Shown: positions 59,475-64,000 of the stretch, one piece after another
Layout: each line of letters opens with the position of its first letter
Position numbering within the stretch: the stretch's first letter is position 1
DNA from: Candidatus Limnocylindrus sp.
Lineage (GTDB): Bacteria; Chloroflexota; Limnocylindria; Limnocylindrales; Limnocylindraceae
Assembly (NCBI GenBank): GCA_040397175.1
Contig: JBBAWM010000002.1
Span: forward strand, 21,572-85,571
DNA: 64,000 bases
Direction of reading: 5' to 3'
The notes under the pieces: generated by a model
The model's database searches: none
Seen by the model: only the letters and a program-made list of their open reading frames with translations
What the model was told of the DNA's origin: nothing
Position numbers and translations under genes: made by a program

Positions 59475-61948
59475 TGCCCCTCGGTGCCGCGGATACGTGC
59501 TCCGCAGGAGCGGAGTACGGCCCCCTCGAAGGCGGTAAGTTCTGCGGCAATCGCCGCATCGTCAGCCCCAGTCGCGGTCGGTTGGAAGGTGAAGCGTAGT
59601 CCGGCTGATCGCTCGCCTAGGGCTAGTGGCGGTCCAGCAAAGAGGTCAAAGAGCTCAATGTCGGTTGCTCGCGAGACTGCACCCCGAGCGACATCCACAA
59701 CTTGCCCCACGGTGGCTGTAGCGGGAATGATGAGGGCAACATCGCGCGTTACCGGCGGCGTTGTGGGGGGGAGCGCCACATGCGTAACCTCAAGGCGACC
59801 GGAGCGAAGTCCGGCGATCGCCACCTCAGCGAGGAGGATGCGGGGTTCATCACGCCAGACCGGCGATGCTGGATGGAGCTCTCCGAGGAGGCCGGCAACG
59901 CGGTCACCGGTGATCGTCGCGCTGATGCCAGGGTGGAGCACTGCGTTCTCGCTCAACGCGCCGTAGGTTGGTCGCTCGCCAACAAGGTGGGAAACCTTCG
60001 CGAGGAGCCGTTTCACTTCGTCGAGGCTCCACGTTGAATCGCTTGCACTCGGGGTGCCCGGCTCTCGTTCCCCCCATACCGCAATGGCGAGACGGGTCCA
60101 CTCTGTCGGAGCACCCGCGGTGCTCCCATATCCACGACCAACTTCAAAGATCGCGCCTGACGCGGCTCCATATCGCACGTTCGCATCCACCCTGTCGAGC
60201 AGGCTGGGGATCAGTGATTGGCGGAGTCGGTCGTGGTCCGTTGAGAGCGGATTTTGCAACACGATCACCGCACCACCCGCCGCTCCCTCCGATGCCGCAA
60301 GAGCCCCGGTAACGAGCGAGGCGGGCTCACTCCAAAGCTCCGCCTGTGCGGCCGATACGAGTGCGTGCGTGACCACTTCGTGTAGCCCTGTATCCGCGAG
60401 GAGGCGACGCACGCGATCACGGAGGAGCGTCGGGCTTGGTCGGTGCGGTGGCAGATCTGCACTCGGGATCGACGTCGGAATCCGCTCATAGCCGTAGAGG
60501 CGGGCGATCTCTTCCGCCAGATCGGCCTCTATCTCAAGATCGCTGCGCCAGCTCGGCACGCAGACCGCTCGAGCACTCCCCTTCGCGGTGGAAACGGTGC
60601 GTTTCGGGGTGACGGCGATCTTGACTGGATCCGCAACGGACGCTTCAGCGATGCCGATTGTTCCAAGGAGTGCCACCTGCTCATCGTCCGTGAGTGCAAC
60701 GCCGACGAGGGCGCGAACGCGCGCGGGACGGAAGTTCAGCGATGCTGCGGGAACCTCTGTGGCCCCGCTGACGAGGCGCCCTGAACGAACCACGCCACCA
60801 GCCCACGCAGTGAGGAGAGCGGCGACCTGGTCGGCTCCAAGGGTTGCGAGGCGGCGCTCTTGGCCGCGCTCAAAGCGGTGAGAGGCTTCAGAGCGCAAGC
60901 TATGTCGCTGCGCGGTGCGCCGGACTGAGGTTGGGGCGAAGATCGCGCTTTCGATGATGACACTTCTAGTCGCGGGGGACACCTCACTGCTCGCTCCCCC
61001 CATCACACCGGCGAGGGCGAGGGCAGCGCGCTCATCGGCTACCACTAGGTCGGTCGCATCAAGGGTGCGCACCTCATGGTCGAGCGTCTCAAGGCGCTCC
61101 CCCTTCGTGGCGAAGCGAATCTGCACGGTGTCGCCCACCTTCGCGCGATCGAAGGCGTGCGTCGGCTTGCCAAGCTCCAACATGATGTAATTGGTTGCGT
61201 CGACAACGTTCGAGATCGAACGGAGGCCCGCTGCCTTCAGGCGCATCTGCACGCGATCTGGTGATGCGGTGACGGTGACGCCGTCAACCACCCGTAGCAC
61301 CACATGCGGTGCCAGGGTCTCATCGGCGACGCGAAGGGCCAACCCCGCGCCAATGGCGTCGCTCTCCTCGGTGAGCGGCCGTGCGACATAGGCCACCGGA
61401 GCGCCCGTGATCGCACCAACCTCGCGGGCGAGACCCAAAATCGAAAGGAGATCGCCGCGGTTCGGCTTGACGTCGACATCGATCACCTCTTCGCCAAGGT
61501 AATCGACGAGGGGCATCCCAAGGGGGGCCGACGGATCAAGGATCAGGATGCCATCACCATCGTCGGTCGCATCGAGCTCTTGGCCGGAGCAAAGCATCCC
61601 CTCTGACGCGATCCCCATCTTCTCGGCGCGCTCGATGCGTCGTCCGTCGGGCATCTCCGCGCCGACAAGCGCCACAGGGATACGCTGGCCTGCGGCAATA
61701 TTTCGAGCGCCACAAACAATGTTGAGAGTCGGACCATCGCCGATCCGTACCTTCGTCAGCTGCAGTCGGTCGGCCTTCGGATGTGGGCCGACCTCGAGGA
61801 GTTCGCCGACGACCATCTTGTTCCAGTTGGCACCCCACCGCTCGACCCCACGAACCTCAAGGCCGCGCAGGGTAAGCGCGTCGGCCAACTGCTCAGCACT
61901 TAACTGTAAGTCGGTGAATTCACGAAGCCAGGAGAGTGGAACCTTCAT
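59471..61948 (-). CDS. pheT: phenylalanine--tRNA ligase beta subunit
   Basis: The product has MKVPLSWLREF, tRNA-binding, B3/4 and B5 domains, and is 825 aa. Confidence 0.9.
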   Translation of the reverse strand: MKVPLSWLREFTDLQLSAEQLADALTLRGLEVRGVERWGANWNKMVVGELLEVGPHPKADRLQLTKVRIGDGPTLNIVCGARNIAAGQRIPVALVGAEMPDGRRIERAEKMGIASEGMLCSGQELDATDDGDGILILDPSAPLGMPLVDYLGEEVIDVDVKPNRGDLLSILGLAREVGAITGAPVAYVARPLTEESDAIGAGLALRVADETLAPHVVLRVVDGVTVTASPDRVQMRLKAAGLRSISNVVDATNYIMLELGKPTHAFDRAKVGDTVQIRFATKGERLETLDHEVRTLDATDLVVADERAALALAGVMGGASSEVSPATRSVIIESAIFAPTSVRRTAQRHSLRSEASHRFERGQERRLATLGADQVAALLTAWAGGVVRSGRLVSGATEVPAASLNFRPARVRALVGVALTDDEQVALLGTIGIAEASVADPVKIAVTPKRTVSTAKGSARAVCVPSWRSDLEIEADLAEEIARLYGYERIPTSIPSADLPPHRPSPTLLRDRVRRLLADTGLHEVVTHALVSAAQAELWSEPASLVTGALAASEGAAGGAVIVLQNPLSTDHDRLRQSLIPSLLDRVDANVRYGAASGAIFEVGRGYGSTAGAPTEWTRLAIAVWGEREPGTPSASDSTWSLDEVKRLLAKVSHLVGERPTYGALSENAVLHPGISATITGDRVAGLLGELHPASPVWRDEPRILLAEVAIAGLRSGRLEVTHVALPPTTPPVTRDVALIIPATATVGQVVDVARGAVSRATDIELFDLFAGPPLALGERSAGLRFTFQPTATGADDAAIAAELTAFEGAVLRSCGARIRGTEGQ

Positions 61949-62958
61949 CGGAATCCCGCCAAGAAGCGCAGGTCGTTCTCCAGGAAGGTACGGAGGTCGG
62001 GGATGTCATGGCGCAACATGGCGATGCGCTCGACGCCGAGCCCGAAGGCAAAACCTTGATGGGTCTCTGGATCAATGCCGCCATTCTCTAGGACGACGGG
62101 ATGCACCATGCCGGCACCAAGGATGGTCATCCAGCCATCTTTGCTCCCTGGCCACGAAACGTCCACCGCTACGGACGGCTCGGTGAACGGGTAATAGCCT
62201 GGCCGAAACCTGGTGCGCGCCGCGGCTCCAAAGAGGCCCTTCGCTAACTCATCGAGGATGCCCTTCAGGTCGGCGAGCGTCGCACCGCGGTCAACCAGTA
62301 GCCCTTCGACCTGATGGAATTCGAAGCCATGGCTCGCATCGACCGCCTCATAGCGGAAACAACGGCCAGGAAGGATCACGCGGATCGGCGGGCCACCAGC
62401 CTTCATCGTTCGGATCTGCCCTGGCGACGTGTGCGTGCGCAGCAGTCGTCCAGGCTCCTGTAAGTAGAGCGTGTCCCAGAGGTCTCGCGACGGGTGGTCT
62501 TCGGGAATGTTCAACAACTGAAAATTGGTGACGTCATCTTCAATCTCCTGCCCTTCGGCGACAACAAAGCCAAATGAGGACATGATCTCGGCAATCGCGG
62601 CGATCGTTTCTGGGATCGGGTGCAGCGAACCCACGCGCGGCGCTGGCCCTGGAGTTGTCGCATCGACGCGCTCCCGTTCAATACGTGCAAGGAGCTCACC
62701 AGCTGAGAGGGCGTCTCGACGCGTATTGACGAGCGCGTCGATCGCCGCGCGCACCTCATTGGCAACAACGCCGATCTTGGGGCGGTCGTCCGCCGGAAGC
62801 GCACCGATGCCGCGAAGGATCTCGGTGATTGCGCCGCGCTTCCCCAGAAGTGACGAGCCAAGTTCATCCAGGTCTGGAGTTGTTTGCACAGCCGCGATGC
62901 GCGATGCGGCATCAGCCTGCAGTGTGCGGAGTTGCTTCTCGAGCGCTGCGAGGTCCAC
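61945..62958 (-). CDS. pheS: phenylalanine--tRNA ligase alpha subunit
   Basis: The product has class II aaRS motifs (FRYEAVDASHGFEFHQVEG and GAGMVHP). Confidence 0.95.
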   Translation of the reverse strand: MDLAALEKQLRTLQADAASRIAAVQTTPDLDELGSSLLGKRGAITEILRGIGALPADDRPKIGVVANEVRAAIDALVNTRRDALSAGELLARIERERVDATTPGPAPRVGSLHPIPETIAAIAEIMSSFGFVVAEGQEIEDDVTNFQLLNIPEDHPSRDLWDTLYLQEPGRLLRTHTSPGQIRTMKAGGPPIRVILPGRCFRYEAVDASHGFEFHQVEGLLVDRGATLADLKGILDELAKGLFGAAARTRFRPGYYPFTEPSVAVDVSWPGSKDGWMTILGAGMVHPVVLENGGIDPETHQGFAFGLGVERIAMLRHDIPDLRTFLENDLRFLAGFR

Positions 62959-62976
62959 TACCGCGGACCGAGGGGG

Positions 62977-63327
62977 CTAGGCGCGCTTCGCTGCGACCGC
63001 GACCGCCGTGAATGCCGCGGCATCGCGAACAGCGAGGTCGGCCAACATCTTGCGGTCAATCGCAATGTTATTGCGCTTGAGGCCGGCGATGAATTGTGAA
63101 TACGAGATGCCGTTGAGGCGCGCTGCCGCGTTCACGCGGTGAATCCACAGCTCGCGCATCTGTCGCTTGCGCTGCTGTCGGTCTCGAGTTGCGTAGGCAA
63201 GGGCGTGAAGAAGGGCCTCGCGCGCTGGACGAATCAGCTTGCTGCGTGTGCCACGTCGACCCTCAGCAGCCTGAAGCAGGCGCTTATGGCGCTTGTGACC
63301 GGCAACTCCGCGCTTGACTCGTGCCAT
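62977..63327 (-). CDS. rplT: 50S ribosomal protein L20
   Basis: The product starts [18 protein letters not shown]. Confidence 0.95.
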   Translation of the reverse strand: MARVKRGVAGHKRHKRLLQAAEGRRGTRSKLIRPAREALLHALAYATRDRQQRKRQMRELWIHRVNAAARLNGISYSQFIAGLKRNNIAIDRKMLADLAVRDAAAFTAVAVAAKRA

Positions 63328-63349
63328 CTTCTACTCCTCTCGTTGCCGC

Positions 63350-63550
63350 TCAGCCGCCGTACGGCAGCAGGCGGGAAATCTGATTCTTGTGGGTCACGCC
63401 GAGAACAGCCTTGCCGGCGTAGCGGCGGATACGTCGGGACGACTTGATTTCAAGGTGGTGGCCACGCCACGACTTCACGCGGATCGGCTTCCCCGAGCCG
63501 GTGAATCCGATGCGCTTCTGCGCGCCCTTGTGCGTCTTCATCTTTGGCAT
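63350..63550 (-). CDS. rpmI: 50S ribosomal protein L35
   Basis: The product starts MPKMKTHKGAQKRI. Confidence 0.9.
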   Translation of the reverse strand: MPKMKTHKGAQKRIGFTGSGKPIRVKSWRGHHLEIKSSRRIRRYAGKAVLGVTHKNQISRLLPYGG

Positions 63551-63552
63551 GG

Positions 63553-64000
63553 TTACTCCCCTTCGAGGGCTGGTACGGCCGGCTCATCGGTGCCGGGTGC
63601 CGGGGCCGTCTGGCCCTTCTGTCGGGGTAATGCTACCAGTTGGATCGAGAGGAAGCGTCCCTCGAGGAGGGAGGGGCGTTCGAGCTGGGCCACATCGGCC
63701 AATCCCTGCACAACCCGGTCCAGGATTGCCCGCCCAATCTCGGGGTGGGTCATCTCGCGACCGCGGAACTTGACCGAGAATTTCACCCGGTCGCCCCCAG
63801 AAAGGAATTTATGGGCCTGGCGGATCTTGGTCTGGAGGTCGGCATCTCCGATCTTTGGGGTGCAGCGAAGCTCCTTCAAATCGGCAGTTTTCTGGCGTTT
63901 GCGAGCGTCCTGCTCCTTCTTCTGTGCCTCGTACTTGAACTTGCCGTAGTCGAGGTACTTGCAAACAGGGGGTGCTGAGGTTGGAGCGATCTCTACGAGG
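63553..64000 (-). CDS. infC: translation initiation factor IF-3 (5' end beyond window)
   Basis: I translated the minus strand up to the window edge. The product has the linker and C-domain sequence LVEIAPTSAPPVCKYLDYGKFKYEAQKK...KELRCTPKIGDADLQTKI...FRGREMTHPEIG. Confidence 0.85.
   Translation of the reverse strand, partial: LVEIAPTSAPPVCKYLDYGKFKYEAQKKEQDARKRQKTADLKELRCTPKIGDADLQTKIRQAHKFLSGGDRVKFSVKFRGREMTHPEIGRAILDRVVQGLADVAQLERPSLLEGRFLSIQLVALPRQKGQTAPAPGTDEPAVPALEGE

Noticed and set aside
63961-64000. An apparent +1 frameshift in infC at a G-run (CAGGGGGTG) near the window edge.
   Set aside because: On recount the run is 5 G (not 6). The IF-3 frame is then continuous (LVEIAPTSAPPVCKYLDYGKFKYE...), so there is no frameshift. 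The gene simply runs off the window.

Overview
This 64-kb window is from a high-GC (~68-70%) bacterial chromosome and is packed with housekeeping genes. I call about 62 protein-coding genes with very short or overlapping junctions (ATGA, GTGA and TTGA start/stop overlaps are frequent). I found no rRNA, tRNA, CRISPR array, transposase or integrase. Genes up to about 41 kb are mostly on the + strand; after a convergence point at 41011/41042 they are all on the - strand. The content is a Firmicutes-like super-synteny of translation, RNA-processing and cell-envelope genes: rpmF-plsX-(nusB-like)-acpP-rnc-smc-ftsY, an antisense MFS transporter, ffh-rpsP-KH-rimM-trmD-rplS-rnhB-yraN, rpsB-tsf-pyrH-frr-uppS-cdsA-dxr-rseP-ispG, nusA-ylxR-infB-rbfA-nrnA-truB-ribF-rpsO-pnp, and asd-udg-rnj-ftsK-(RodZ-like)-yajQ-(MurC/Mpl-like). 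The - strand carries an MBL+Rieske fusion, hflX-miaA-rny-recX-recA-tgt-ruvBAC-yebC-tyrS, a PBP1A on the + strand, and mutS2-cvpA-pheTS-rplT-rpmI-infC (infC runs off the window). The most striking observation is that the PNPase gene (pnp, 865 aa) carries an in-frame insertion of a complete DnaQ-like DEDDh 3'-5' exonuclease domain (all three Exo motifs) inside its all-alpha domain. I do not know of such a fusion. Other points worth a second look: tgt has a conserved N-terminus in frame upstream of its only canonical start codon, with a possible CTG start overlapping the ruvB stop. The MBL-Rieske fusion is an unusual architecture. A canonical hairpin plus U-tract terminator sits in the nusA leader, and rimP and ylxQ are absent. 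RibF has a degenerate flavokinase half. S16, L19 and S2 carry long Ala/Glu/Pro-rich C-terminal tails with imperfect tandem repeats. A NusB-family gene sits between plsX and acpP, and miaA and hflX are adjacent with no hfq. Taxonomy is uncertain: RNase Y, RNase J and a short EF-Ts argue against classic Actinobacteria, and a Chloroflexota- or Deinococcota-like lineage is possible but unproven.
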